Below are positions 6,914-15,300 of a stretch of 42,439 nucleotides of DNA, in pieces. Below the pieces are notes generated by a model that made no database searches, was not told the DNA's origin, and saw nothing but the letters and a program-made list of their open reading frames with translations. Source of the stretch: Chloroflexota bacterium (GTDB taxonomy: Bacteria; Chloroflexota; Anaerolineae; 4572-78); NCBI GenBank assembly GCA_011192195.1, contig DUEH01000001.1, positions 11,559-53,997 of the forward strand, written 5' to 3'. The first letter of the stretch is position 1. Each line of letters starts with the position of its first letter. The position numbers and the translations under genes were made by a program.

Positions 6914-9900
6914 ATGGATGTAAAAGACTTTGCGGCATTGCGTATTAGTTTGGCCTCGCCGGATCTGATCAGCAAATGGTCTTATGGCGAAGTAACCAAG
7001 CCGGAAACTATTAACTACCGGCGATTACGCCCGGAAAAAGACGGCCTTTTCTGCGAGGCAATATTTGGGCCAACAAAAGACTGGCAATGTTACTGCGGCA
7101 AATACAAGCAGGTGCGCTATAAAGGAATCACTTGTGAAAAGTGCGGCGTTTTGGTGACCAGGTCTTCTGTGCGTAGAGAGCGAATGGGGCATATTGCACT
7201 GGCGGCTCCGGTAGCGCACATCTGGTATACCCGCCGCGTTCCCTCTTATTTGGGACTGCTGTTGAATATTTCGCGCCGAAACCTGGACCGCGTGTTGTAT
7301 TTTGCCCTCTACATTACCACCCGCGTTGATGAAAACGCCAGAGTCAGAGCTTTGAAACGGCTGGATGAGGAGGTTGAAAAGGAACGGGCCAAACTGGAAA
7401 GAGGTATTCAAGACCAGGTTGACCAACTGCAAGCCGAATTGGATGGCAAAGTTTCTACCCTGCGCGACAGAGAGCAGCAGCTCATCGAAGAACTGGATGC
7501 CAAACGGGACAAATCCATTGAAGATGTGATGAAAGCGGCGCAAGATTTGCAGAAGAAGTTGGAAGCTTCCCTGGGTAAAAAGCTGAAAGAAGATATGACG
7601 GTGCCGGGAACATCGGAAATAGTAGCAATGTCCGGCGAAGTGATTGACAATAGTCACCTTACGCGCCTGAATGAACTGGTTGACGCGCAGCTAGATGAGA
7701 TCAAGAACGAGATTGGCGACCGCCGCCTGCGTGAACAAGGCGAAACAGAAAAAGAAATTGACCAAATACGTCACGAAATTCAAGGCAAAATTGACATCTT
7801 GCAAGGCGGCATTGATCAGGAATTGGAGCAACTGATCCAGCGGGTTGAAGAGCAGCGCCAGGAACTAATTGGCATCCAGCCCATGCAATTTCTGAATGAA
7901 TTACAGTTCCGGGAATTGGAAGATCGCTGGGGTAGTGTTTTTAACGCCGGTATGGGCGCCGAAGCGCTGTACGATATTTGTCAAGACCTTAATCTGGAAG
8001 AAATGGCTGCCGAGCTGCGAACAGAAATTAAAACGACCCGTTCCAAACAAAAGGCCAAAAAAGCCGTCAAGCGTCTGAAAGTTGCCGACAGCCTGTTACG
8101 CAGCGGCAATCGCCCGGAATGGATGATCCTGACCGTGCTGCCGGTCATCCCCCCGGATCTGCGTCCGATGGTTCAATTGGACGGCGGTCGTTTTGCTGCC
8201 AGTGACTTGAACGACCTCTATCGCCGCGTCATCAACCGCAACAATCGTCTGAAACGTCTGCTTGATCTGGGCGCGCCCGACGTGATTGTGCGCAATGAAA
8301 AGCGTATGTTGCAAGAAGCGGTAGACTCTCTCATTGATAATAGCTCTCGCGGCAAAGCCGTCTCCTCCAGAGGCCGCCGCGAACTGAAAAGCCTGAGCGA
8401 TATGCTCAAAGGCAAACAGGGACGTTTCCGCCGTAACTTGCTGGGTAAGCGCGTGGACTATTCCGGCCGTTCTGTGATTGTGGTAGGCCCGGAACTGGAA
8501 TTGCACCAGACCGGCATTCCCAAAGAAATGGCGCTGGAACTCTTCAGGCCCTTTGTCATTCAAAAACTGGTTGAATACAACTACGCCAACAACGTTAAGG
8601 GCGCCAAGCGCTTCCTGGAGCAGCATCGCCCGGAAGTGTGGGAAGTGTTAGAAGAGGTTATTCACACCCGCCCCATTATGCTTAACCGCGCGCCCACGCT
8701 GCACCGTCTGGGTATTCAAGCCTTTGAGCCACTGCTGGTAGAAGGCAGCGCCATTCGCCTGCATCCGCTGGTATGTACCGCCTTTAACGCTGACTTTGAT
8801 GGCGACCAGATGGCGGTACACGTTCCGCTAAGCCAAAACGCGGTGAAAGAAGCCCGCGCATTGATGCTAGCCAACAAAAACTTGTTGCTTCCGGCCAACG
8901 GTGAACCGGTAGTAGGCCCCACCAAAGATATGGTTTTAGGTATTTTCTACCTGACAACGGAAAGCCACTTCAAAAAAGGTGAAGGCAAAGTCTTTGGCAG
9001 CATAGATGAAGTTTCACTGGCTTACGCTTTGGGTAAGGTTGACTTGCACGCACCCATAAAACTCAAAAATATTGACACAGCCTTTTCGCCAGAAGAGCGC
9101 CCCTACATAGAAACAACCGTGGGGCGCGCCCTTTTTAATGAAATTCTACCGTTGGAAATTCGGTTTGTCTTCAATCAGATAATGGAAAAGAAATCGCTGA
9201 AAGACCTGATTGGGCTTAGCTTCCAGAAATTTGGGGCGGAGCGCACCGCTCAGATTGCCAACAACATCAAGGCCATTGGTTTTAAATACGCCACCATATC
9301 CGGCACAACCATCGCCATTTCTGATATTAATATCCCTGACGCCAAATACACCATCATTGACGAAACCACAAAGAAACTGGAGAAAGTCGAAAAACAGTTT
9401 CGACGCGGCCTGATCACTGCTGACGAACAGTATATCAAGACGGTAGAATTTTGGACCAAGGCCACTGATGATGTTACCAGTGCCGTTAGCGATGCCATTG
9501 CCGATGATAGTCCTATTCGCATTATGGCTGAATCCGGCGCCACTAAAGGCGGCTTTAACCCCATTAGACAATTGGCCGGTATGCGCGGCTTAATGGCCGA
9601 TCCCAGCGGACGGATCATCCCCTTGCCCATTCGGTCTAACTTTAGAGAAGGATTGACCGCCCTGGAATACTTCATCTCTACTCACGGCGCGCGTAAAGGT
9701 CTGGCCGACACAGCCCTGCGTACCGCCGATGCCGGTTACTTGACCCGCCGTCTGGTAGACGTGGCCCAGGATATGATTGTCAGAGAAAACGACTGCGGCA
9801 CAACAGCCGGCCTGGAAGCCATTAGAGAAGACGACGGCAAGCTATCGGACATCTTTAAGGACAAAGTATTTGGTCGTTTCCTGGCGGATGACGTTCTGCA

Positions 9901-11554
9901 TCCTCAAACAGATGAAGTTTTATTTGATCGAGAACATCTGCTTGACCTGAATGACCTGAATACAATGGTAGAAGCAGGCGTAACCGACATCGAGATACGC
10001 TCTCCTATGACCTGCGAAGCCGAACGCGGCGTTTGCGCTTACTGCTACGGACGCGATATGGGCCGTGGCGGTTTGGTGAAAATTGGCGAAGCGGTGGGTA
10101 TTATTGCCGCCCAATCCATTGGTGAACCGGGCACGCAGCTTACCTTACGCACCTTCCACACCGGCGGCGTGGCTGGCGTAGAAGACATCACCTCTGGTTT
10201 GCCGCGTATTCAGGAGCTCTTTGAAGCGCGTAACCCCAAGCGAGAAGCGCTGATTGCCGACATAGACGGCATGGTAGAACTGATCAACCATGACGATGGC
10301 AGCCGTTCGCTAAAAATAGCGTCTACAGAGATGCGCCGAAAACTGTATAAAATTCCGCCAAAGTGGGACATCGCAGTAGAAGACGGCACGGAAATTGAAG
10401 CCAAAACCGTTATTGCCCGCTCAGAGGATAACGAATTAGTTGCTGAAAACGGGGGGCGGGTATATATTAAAGGCCGTAAAGTGACAGTTAGTTGGGAGCT
10501 TCGCCAGGAAGTAGAATTGCGCGTTGATTCCGCCGCAAAATTGCGGGTAAACAACGGCGATCTGGTGACTGCCGGCGAGCAACTCAGCGAAGGCTCCATC
10601 AACCCCCACCGTTTATTGGAAGTGATGGGCAGGGAAGCGGTGCAGCGCTATTTGGTAGATGAAGTACAAAGCGTTTACCGTTCTCAAGGCGTGCCCATTC
10701 ATGATAAACACGTTGAAGTTGTGGTCAAACAAATGACCAACCGCCTGCGCATTGTTACCTCCAGAGACAGCACTTACCTGCCCGGTGAAATTCTGGAACG
10801 TCGCGTTTTTCAACAAAATAGCGACGAACTTTTAGCTCAGGGTTTGCAACCCGCCATAGCCCACCCCATGTTGTTGGGCATCACCAAAGCGGCGCTGAAC
10901 ACCGATAGCTTCCTGTCCGCTTCTTCCTTCCAGCACACCATCAATGTGTTGGCCCAGGCCGCTATTGAAGGCAAACGGGACGAACTGGCCGGTTTGAAAG
11001 AGAATGTGATTATCGGAAAACTCATTCCCGCCGGAACAGGTTATCATACCCATCAGCCCGAAAACCTGGGCGAAGCCGAGAACGTCGAATCTGAATTTTA
11101 TGGCGATGACGCAGAAGCAATGGCTATGGTAGAAGACGAAGTCGCAGCCGCTGAAACTGGCGACGGCAACGACGCAGAGCCGGTTGCCGAAGCGACAGGC
11201 GATGTTGAAGGCGAAACCCTTGGCTCTGAGCCGGAAGCGAGCGTTGCTGATGAGATTGCCGAGACTGCCGTGAGCGAGGTCAGCGACGGTAACGGCGCAG
11301 AGCCAGTTACCGAAGCGGCAGACGATGTTGAAGGCGAAACCCTTGGCTCTGAGCCGGAAGCGAGCGTTGCCGCCGAGATTGCCGAGACTGCCGTGAGCGA
11401 GGCTACAGACGGCAACGACGCAGAACCCGCTGACGACCTGACAGAGGAAACCGCCGAGATTGCCGAGACTGTCGTGAGCGAGGCTACAGACGGCAACGAC
11501 GCAGAACCCGCTGACGACCTGACAGAGGAAACCGCCGAGACGCTTTCGGCTTAG
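6914..11554 (+). CDS. rpoC: DNA-directed RNA polymerase subunit beta-prime
   Basis: Zn-finger CYCGKYK...CEKCGV, active-site NADFDGDQM, a trigger-loop/bridge-helix-like region and [10 protein letters not shown] near the canonical C-terminus. RBS AAGGAG lies upstream of the ATG. Confidence 0.97.
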   Translation: MDVKDFAALRISLASPDLISKWSYGEVTKPETINYRRLRPEKDGLFCEAIFGPTKDWQCYCGKYKQVRYKGITCEKCGVLVTRSSVRRERMGHIALAAPVAHIWYTRRVPSYLGLLLNISRRNLDRVLYFALYITTRVDENARVRALKRLDEEVEKERAKLERGIQDQVDQLQAELDGKVSTLRDREQQLIEELDAKRDKSIEDVMKAAQDLQKKLEASLGKKLKEDMTVPGTSEIVAMSGEVIDNSHLTRLNELVDAQLDEIKNEIGDRRLREQGETEKEIDQIRHEIQGKIDILQGGIDQELEQLIQRVEEQRQELIGIQPMQFLNELQFRELEDRWGSVFNAGMGAEALYDICQDLNLEEMAAELRTEIKTTRSKQKAKKAVKRLKVADSLLRSGNRPEWMILTVLPVIPPDLRPMVQLDGGRFAASDLNDLYRRVINRNNRLKRLLDLGAPDVIVRNEKRMLQEAVDSLIDNSSRGKAVSSRGRRELKSLSDMLKGKQGRFRRNLLGKRVDYSGRSVIVVGPELELHQTGIPKEMALELFRPFVIQKLVEYNYANNVKGAKRFLEQHRPEVWEVLEEVIHTRPIMLNRAPTLHRLGIQAFEPLLVEGSAIRLHPLVCTAFNADFDGDQMAVHVPLSQNAVKEARALMLANKNLLLPANGEPVVGPTKDMVLGIFYLTTESHFKKGEGKVFGSIDEVSLAYALGKVDLHAPIKLKNIDTAFSPEERPYIETTVGRALFNEILPLEIRFVFNQIMEKKSLKDLIGLSFQKFGAERTAQIANNIKAIGFKYATISGTTIAISDINIPDAKYTIIDETTKKLEKVEKQFRRGLITADEQYIKTVEFWTKATDDVTSAVSDAIADDSPIRIMAESGATKGGFNPIRQLAGMRGLMADPSGRIIPLPIRSNFREGLTALEYFISTHGARKGLADTALRTADAGYLTRRLVDVAQDMIVRENDCGTTAGLEAIREDDGKLSDIFKDKVFGRFLADDVLHPQTDEVLFDREHLLDLNDLNTMVEAGVTDIEIRSPMTCEAERGVCAYCYGRDMGRGGLVKIGEAVGIIAAQSIGEPGTQLTLRTFHTGGVAGVEDITSGLPRIQELFEARNPKREALIADIDGMVELINHDDGSRSLKIASTEMRRKLYKIPPKWDIAVEDGTEIEAKTVIARSEDNELVAENGGRVYIKGRKVTVSWELRQEVELRVDSAAKLRVNNGDLVTAGEQLSEGSINPHRLLEVMGREAVQRYLVDEVQSVYRSQGVPIHDKHVEVVVKQMTNRLRIVTSRDSTYLPGEILERRVFQQNSDELLAQGLQPAIAHPMLLGITKAALNTDSFLSASSFQHTINVLAQAAIEGKRDELAGLKENVIIGKLIPAGTGYHTHQPENLGEAENVESEFYGDDAEAMAMVEDEVAAAETGDGNDAEPVAEATGDVEGETLGSEPEASVADEIAETAVSEVSDGNGAEPVTEAADDVEGETLGSEPEASVAAEIAETAVSEATDGNDAEPADDLTEETAEIAETVVSEATDGNDAEPADDLTEETAETLSA
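11161..11554 (+). repeat. in-frame tandem repeats encoding the acidic C-terminal tail of beta-prime (2 x 123 bp, then 81 bp plus a 67-bp partial)
   Basis: 11161-11283 and 11284-11406 are near-identical, as are 11407-11487 and 11488-11554. The peptides are [34 protein letters not shown] and [17 protein letters not shown]. Confidence 0.9.
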
Positions 11555-11577
11555 AATTTTAACACAATCAATGATAT

Positions 11578-11655
11578 GTCATTGCGAGGGCGCAACCCGA
11601 AGCAATCCCCCCCCGTTGTCGGCAGGAGATTGCTTCGTCTGCGGCTCGCAATGAC
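11578..11655. repeat. nested-hairpin repeat, family C copy 1 (GTCATTGCGAG ... CTCGCAATGAC)
   Basis: Outer arms are GTCATTGCGAG/CTCGCAATGAC and inner arms CGAAGCAATC/GATTGCTTCG. The same core occurs at 40153-40226. Confidence 0.8.
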
Positions 11656-11662
11656 AACGCAC

Positions 11663-11697
11663 AACTCGTAAATCGTAAATCCAAAATCGTAAATCAG
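11663..11697. repeat. period-7 tandem array (AACTCGT AAATCGT AAATCCA AAATCGT AAATCAG)
   Basis: Read directly. Confidence 0.8.
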
Positions 11698-11718
11698 AAA
11701 GGGGGTGAGATCAAAAAG

Positions 11719-11922
11719 ATGAGCGTAGAACTAAGACCTGGCGAAACGCAAGAATCGTTGTTGAAACGCTTCAGGAAAGAAGTCGTAAAGGATAGGATTT
11801 TAAGCACCTATCGTAAAAAACGATGGTTCGTTTCCAAAAGTGAAGATCGTCGTCTGGCTAAACAGCGCGCCATTCGCAAAGCGCAGCGCAAAGTCCGGGT
11901 GATGAAAAGTCGGCAACGCTAA
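11719..11922 (+). CDS. rpsU: 30S ribosomal protein S21
   Basis: 67 aa and very basic. LLKRFRKEV...YRKKRWFVSKSEDRRLAKQRAIRKAQRK fits the S21 pattern. Confidence 0.85.
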   Translation: MSVELRPGETQESLLKRFRKEVVKDRILSTYRKKRWFVSKSEDRRLAKQRAIRKAQRKVRVMKSRQR

Positions 11923-11984
11923 AATGTTAGCCAAAACGCAATCCCCTTTTGCGCCTGGTCGCTATCAGGATTGGGGGCAAGAAA

Positions 11985-12017
11985 AATAAAAAGCTGACCG
12001 CAACGGTCAGTTTTTTT
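11985..12017. terminator. bidirectional intrinsic terminator
   Basis: Stem CTGACCG-caa-CGGTCAG flanked by an A-run upstream and T7 downstream. It sits between convergent rpsU and the 12041-12988 gene. Confidence 0.75.
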
Positions 12018-12040
12018 GTTGGGGCAAAAGGGGGTGTCTC

Positions 12041-12988
12041 TCAACTTCCATCACCGCCGGTGACAGGTAGAAATACTGGCGGCGCTATTTGGGGTGTGGT
12101 CAATTCAAGTGATGGCGTTTGGCGAGTGATCCCGTCTGAATAGCCAAACGAAGCAACAAGGTCCCACCTTTGTTCTGCTGCCGTTTCAGCGACGGGATGA
12201 ACAGCAATTTGCGCGGCAACTGTTTGACCGGCAGCTATTGGCGCAAAATCAATCGTGATCAGATTTTGCCATACTTCAACAGCCGCGTCCTTTGCCTGAA
12301 CATTGTCTACACCAAGGTCTGCGGGGAGCAGCAAAGTCATCCAGGCATTTAGCAGGGGTTGAGCGGTGGCGTTTTTTGCCGTAAAGGTCAGGATTGCGGA
12401 ATTTTGATCTTGTGAAGATGCGTGCAGCGTCAAAGGCGGCGGGGAAGGCGCTTCGGACTGCCGGTAGTAGCCCGGATTGACTTCCATTACCAGCCGGTGG
12501 GCGGTGCGCAGGGCGACATCCTGTGTCAACGCCTGATACCCTTCGTCAAGTACCGGATTCAGGGCGGCAATTCCTTCCCCCAAGCAGGCGAAGATGAAGG
12601 CGCTATTAGCATTGAGACCCTCTTCCAGCGCCCATTCATTTCCGGCCAGGCGTACGCGCGGCGATGACTGGAAACTGCTGCTCACGCTAAGAAAATGACC
12701 TTGCAAAACGGGACACGTCCCTGGCGCAGCAGATTCTTCCGTTGATGATTTGGATTGATGAGGGGCAGTTGGCGTTGGGGTTCCTCTGGGGAAAGGCGTG
12801 GGTGTGGGAGTGTAGCGCAGCGGCGGCGTTTGGGTAGGGGTGGGACGCAACGGCGCGGTTGGCGTGGGAGTGGGGCGCGGTGGCGTATCTTGCGCCTGAA
12901 CAGATTGCGTTAGATGATATACCGTAAATATCATCAATAGAAGCGCGCTGCTTATCAACAAGATTTTCCCGGCAGTTTTTCTGTTCAT
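12041..12988 (-). CDS. secreted Pro/Thr-rich protein ending in LPVTGG
   Basis: I moved the start to the internal ATG (MNRKTAGKILLISSALLLMIF, a signal/anchor) 4 nt after the upstream stop. It has a PTPTP-rich linker and ends in FLPVTGGDGS-stop. Confidence 0.6.
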   Translation of the reverse strand: MNRKTAGKILLISSALLLMIFTVYHLTQSVQAQDTPPRPTPTPTAPLRPTPTQTPPLRYTPTPTPFPRGTPTPTAPHQSKSSTEESAAPGTCPVLQGHFLSVSSSFQSSPRVRLAGNEWALEEGLNANSAFIFACLGEGIAALNPVLDEGYQALTQDVALRTAHRLVMEVNPGYYRQSEAPSPPPLTLHASSQDQNSAILTFTAKNATAQPLLNAWMTLLLPADLGVDNVQAKDAAVEVWQNLITIDFAPIAAGQTVAAQIAVHPVAETAAEQRWDLVASFGYSDGITRQTPSLELTTPQIAPPVFLPVTGGDGS

Positions 12989-12992
12989 AAAA

Positions 12993-13430
12993 TTATTCGT
13001 TTTTCTTGACTGCTTTGTGCGCAGAAGTATCAGCAACTTGTGTGGCGAATCTGAATTTCTGCCGATGGAAGCTTGTAATCCCCAGGCTTAGAAAAATTGC
13101 CCCCAGGCCAAGTAGCGTCAGTGCGGGGAGTATTGAGCCAGAATTAGCGCTGCTGCCTGTTTCTGGCAGCGCTTGGGGTGTGGCAAGGGGCGTTGGAGAG
13201 GGGGTAGGTTGCGCTGGAGCCGGTGCGGGCGCAGTTTCGCCACCGCCTCCATCATCATCGTTGCCGGATTTGGGTACTGGTGTGGGAACAGGCGTGTCTC
13301 TGGGGCTGGGGGGCGCTTCGCGGGTGGGCGCAACTTCACGGGTTGGCGCTTTGCCATCTTGAGCCACTACCGATGCAGGCGTTACCGCAACAAAGGCAAT
13401 CAGCAACAGAGCCAGAAATATTCCGCTCAC
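12993..13430 (-). CDS. small LPXTG-type sortase-substrate surface protein
   Basis: Signal peptide MSGIFLALLLIAFVAVTPASVVAQ and a Pro/Thr/Ala-rich spacer. The C-terminal LPETG is followed by a hydrophobic helix and a basic tail (HRQKFR). Confidence 0.7.
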   Translation of the reverse strand: MSGIFLALLLIAFVAVTPASVVAQDGKAPTREVAPTREAPPSPRDTPVPTPVPKSGNDDDGGGGETAPAPAPAQPTPSPTPLATPQALPETGSSANSGSILPALTLLGLGAIFLSLGITSFHRQKFRFATQVADTSAHKAVKKNE

Positions 13431-13466
13431 AAAGTAAAATGGGGCTGTTACGGTAACCGTTCACCC

Positions 13467-13587
13467 CCCCCTCGTTCCCAATCTCCAGATTGGGAACGCG
13501 CTTGCCAGAGAAACTCCGTTTCGGGCGTGGTGGAAACAGAGTTTTCGGGGCAATTGCGTCCCCAAACAGAGTTTGGGAACGAGGGGG
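13467..13587. repeat. about 120-bp hairpin element (family D, GGGAAC words)
   Basis: Outer arms are CCCCCTCGTTCCCA (13467-13480) and TGGGAACGAGGGGG (13574-13587). Inner hairpins are CGTTCCCAATCT-ccag-ATTGGGAACG and CCCAAAC-aga-GTTTGGG. A related CCCAGGCAGAGTCTGGGAAC hairpin lies near 26450-26480. Confidence 0.75.
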
Positions 13588-13751
13588 CTGAATAGTTACA
13601 GCGATGAATTCGCTAAGAATCAGAATATTGTGACTCGCGGCGCAATGCCATAAAACGAATGATACTATAGGGGAATTGGAATGGGGTAGGGAAATTGCAG
13701 GGAAATGGTTAGAAAAAAGAAGTTGGTGGCGTGTAGGCGCTGAAGAAGAAT

Positions 13752-13786
13752 AAAAGGCGAATGTCTCTGTTGGACATTCGCCTTTT
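13752..13786. terminator. bidirectional intrinsic terminator downstream of the bactofilin-like gene
   Basis: A4, then stem GGCGAATGTC / GACATTCGCC, then T4. Confidence 0.7.
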
Positions 13787-13814
13787 ATAAGCAGGTCAAT
13801 TTTTTATCAGTTGT

Positions 13815-15125
13815 TTATGCGACGACTTCAGGCGCTGCCGAATCCTCTGGCGGCGCGTTTGGGCGCAACATCTCCTGAGCAAAATAGTAAAGCGCGCCCA
13901 GGCCAAGCAGTACCACTATGACGGCAATGACCCATCCCAGGAAAGGAATGACGCGCAAAATTTCGTAGATGAACGCGCCCAGGGCCAGCGCGCCCAGATT
14001 TTGCCCTGTCCCTGGTTCCATTTGCGGCGCTAACTTTGCCAGGATCAGCCTGCCCGCTAAAAAAGCGACCAGCGCTTTGGTTACAACCGACAGCACAAAG
14101 GTGAAGAGCGATACCACCAGCGCCAGCGACGCCCCACCGATGCCCAGAATATCGCCAAAGAGTTGTCCGGCGGTGATAATTCCCCCCAGCGAGGCCACAA
14201 TGAAGAGCAAAACAGCCACAATGGGTACGGCAACGACGAAAATAAGCGTGACGGCGCAGCCCCACCCCGCGCTGGGCAGCGGTTGCGTTTGCAGCAACTC
14301 GCCCGCGCGCTTGACCATTGCCGGCCAAAATTGCAGCAGCAGGCCGCCAACGATCATCAGCGCAATAAATTCGCCTGCGCGGGCTAAAATGGCCTTGCCT
14401 GCAGTAACCACAATAGACTGGCCTTCCGTTGCCGTGCCGCCTGCTCCTTCTTCTACCATCTCTGTAACGTCTAATGTTCCGCTGATTTTGGCGTTATCGC
14501 CAACTTGCAGGCCGGGCGCCGCGCTTTCTACTATGGGCATACCGGGCATAAAAACGCCTGGGGGCGCGGCCTCGCCGGATACGCTGACCTGGCTTTTTAC
14601 ATCGCCGCCAACCGCGCCGTTCAGCGCCAGTGCGGCGCTGTCGGTTTCTACATCGTTTGCCACATCACCGTTAAGCAGAACTTGATAGCCGCCCGCGTAC
14701 AGGCTGCGGCCAATGCTGCTGCCCGCTTCGGTTTTTACGCTATAGCCAACACCGTAGACGTTGCGGCCAATTTCTGCCTTCGGGCCAACCGTCACCGAGT
14801 AGCCCGCGCCGTACATACTTCCGCCAACCGGCCCGTTTACCTCTACCATTTGCCCGGCGACAACCAGACTGCCTTTCACCTTGCCATTGATGATCACTTC
14901 ACTGCCGCTGGCAATGAGATCGCCTTTGACAATGCCGTTCATCTCAACGCGCTGACCGGAAATGAAAAGGTCGTCGTCAATCACCTCATCGGCGTCAATG
15001 GTAATGAAATCGCCGCCGCGAAAATCGGCGGCTTGCGCGGTTCCTCCACTTATTCCAAGCAATAACACGCTCAATACAGCTATCCCCAAAGCCAGACGAC
15101 TCCAGGTTTTCCAATGGTGACTCAT
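13815..15125 (-). CDS. bactofilin-like (polymer-forming beta-helix repeat) domain fused to a polytopic membrane domain
   Basis: I moved the start to the ATG preceded by AAGGAGG (MSHHWKTW..., signal peptide ending AQA). The N-terminal half has repetitive G.V.G/NG.V.GD beta-helix-type repeats. The C-terminal half has about 6 hydrophobic helices. Confidence 0.6.
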   Translation of the reverse strand: MSHHWKTWSRLALGIAVLSVLLLGISGGTAQAADFRGGDFITIDADEVIDDDLFISGQRVEMNGIVKGDLIASGSEVIINGKVKGSLVVAGQMVEVNGPVGGSMYGAGYSVTVGPKAEIGRNVYGVGYSVKTEAGSSIGRSLYAGGYQVLLNGDVANDVETDSAALALNGAVGGDVKSQVSVSGEAAPPGVFMPGMPIVESAAPGLQVGDNAKISGTLDVTEMVEEGAGGTATEGQSIVVTAGKAILARAGEFIALMIVGGLLLQFWPAMVKRAGELLQTQPLPSAGWGCAVTLIFVVAVPIVAVLLFIVASLGGIITAGQLFGDILGIGGASLALVVSLFTFVLSVVTKALVAFLAGRLILAKLAPQMEPGTGQNLGALALGAFIYEILRVIPFLGWVIAVIVVLLGLGALYYFAQEMLRPNAPPEDSAAPEVVA

Positions 15126-15300
15126 TAGTGTTCCCTCCTTATTTTCCACACAAGATTTGTGTGGTATGCGAAAAATTTTATAACTGCGCAGTAGTACGAA
15201 GATACCATCAGGAAGTTGCAAGGTAAATTACCCCTGGCGGCGCCGCTTGATGTATAATTTAGACAGAGGATACCATTTTTTGATGATCAGGAGAAAAACA

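Noticed and set aside
13173-13595. 140-aa plus-strand ORF and neighbours (13006-13362, 13118-13357, 13223-13456)
   Set aside because: They overlap the LPETG protein gene on the opposite strand and extend into the family D hairpin element. Their composition is Gly/Arg-rich shadow sequence.
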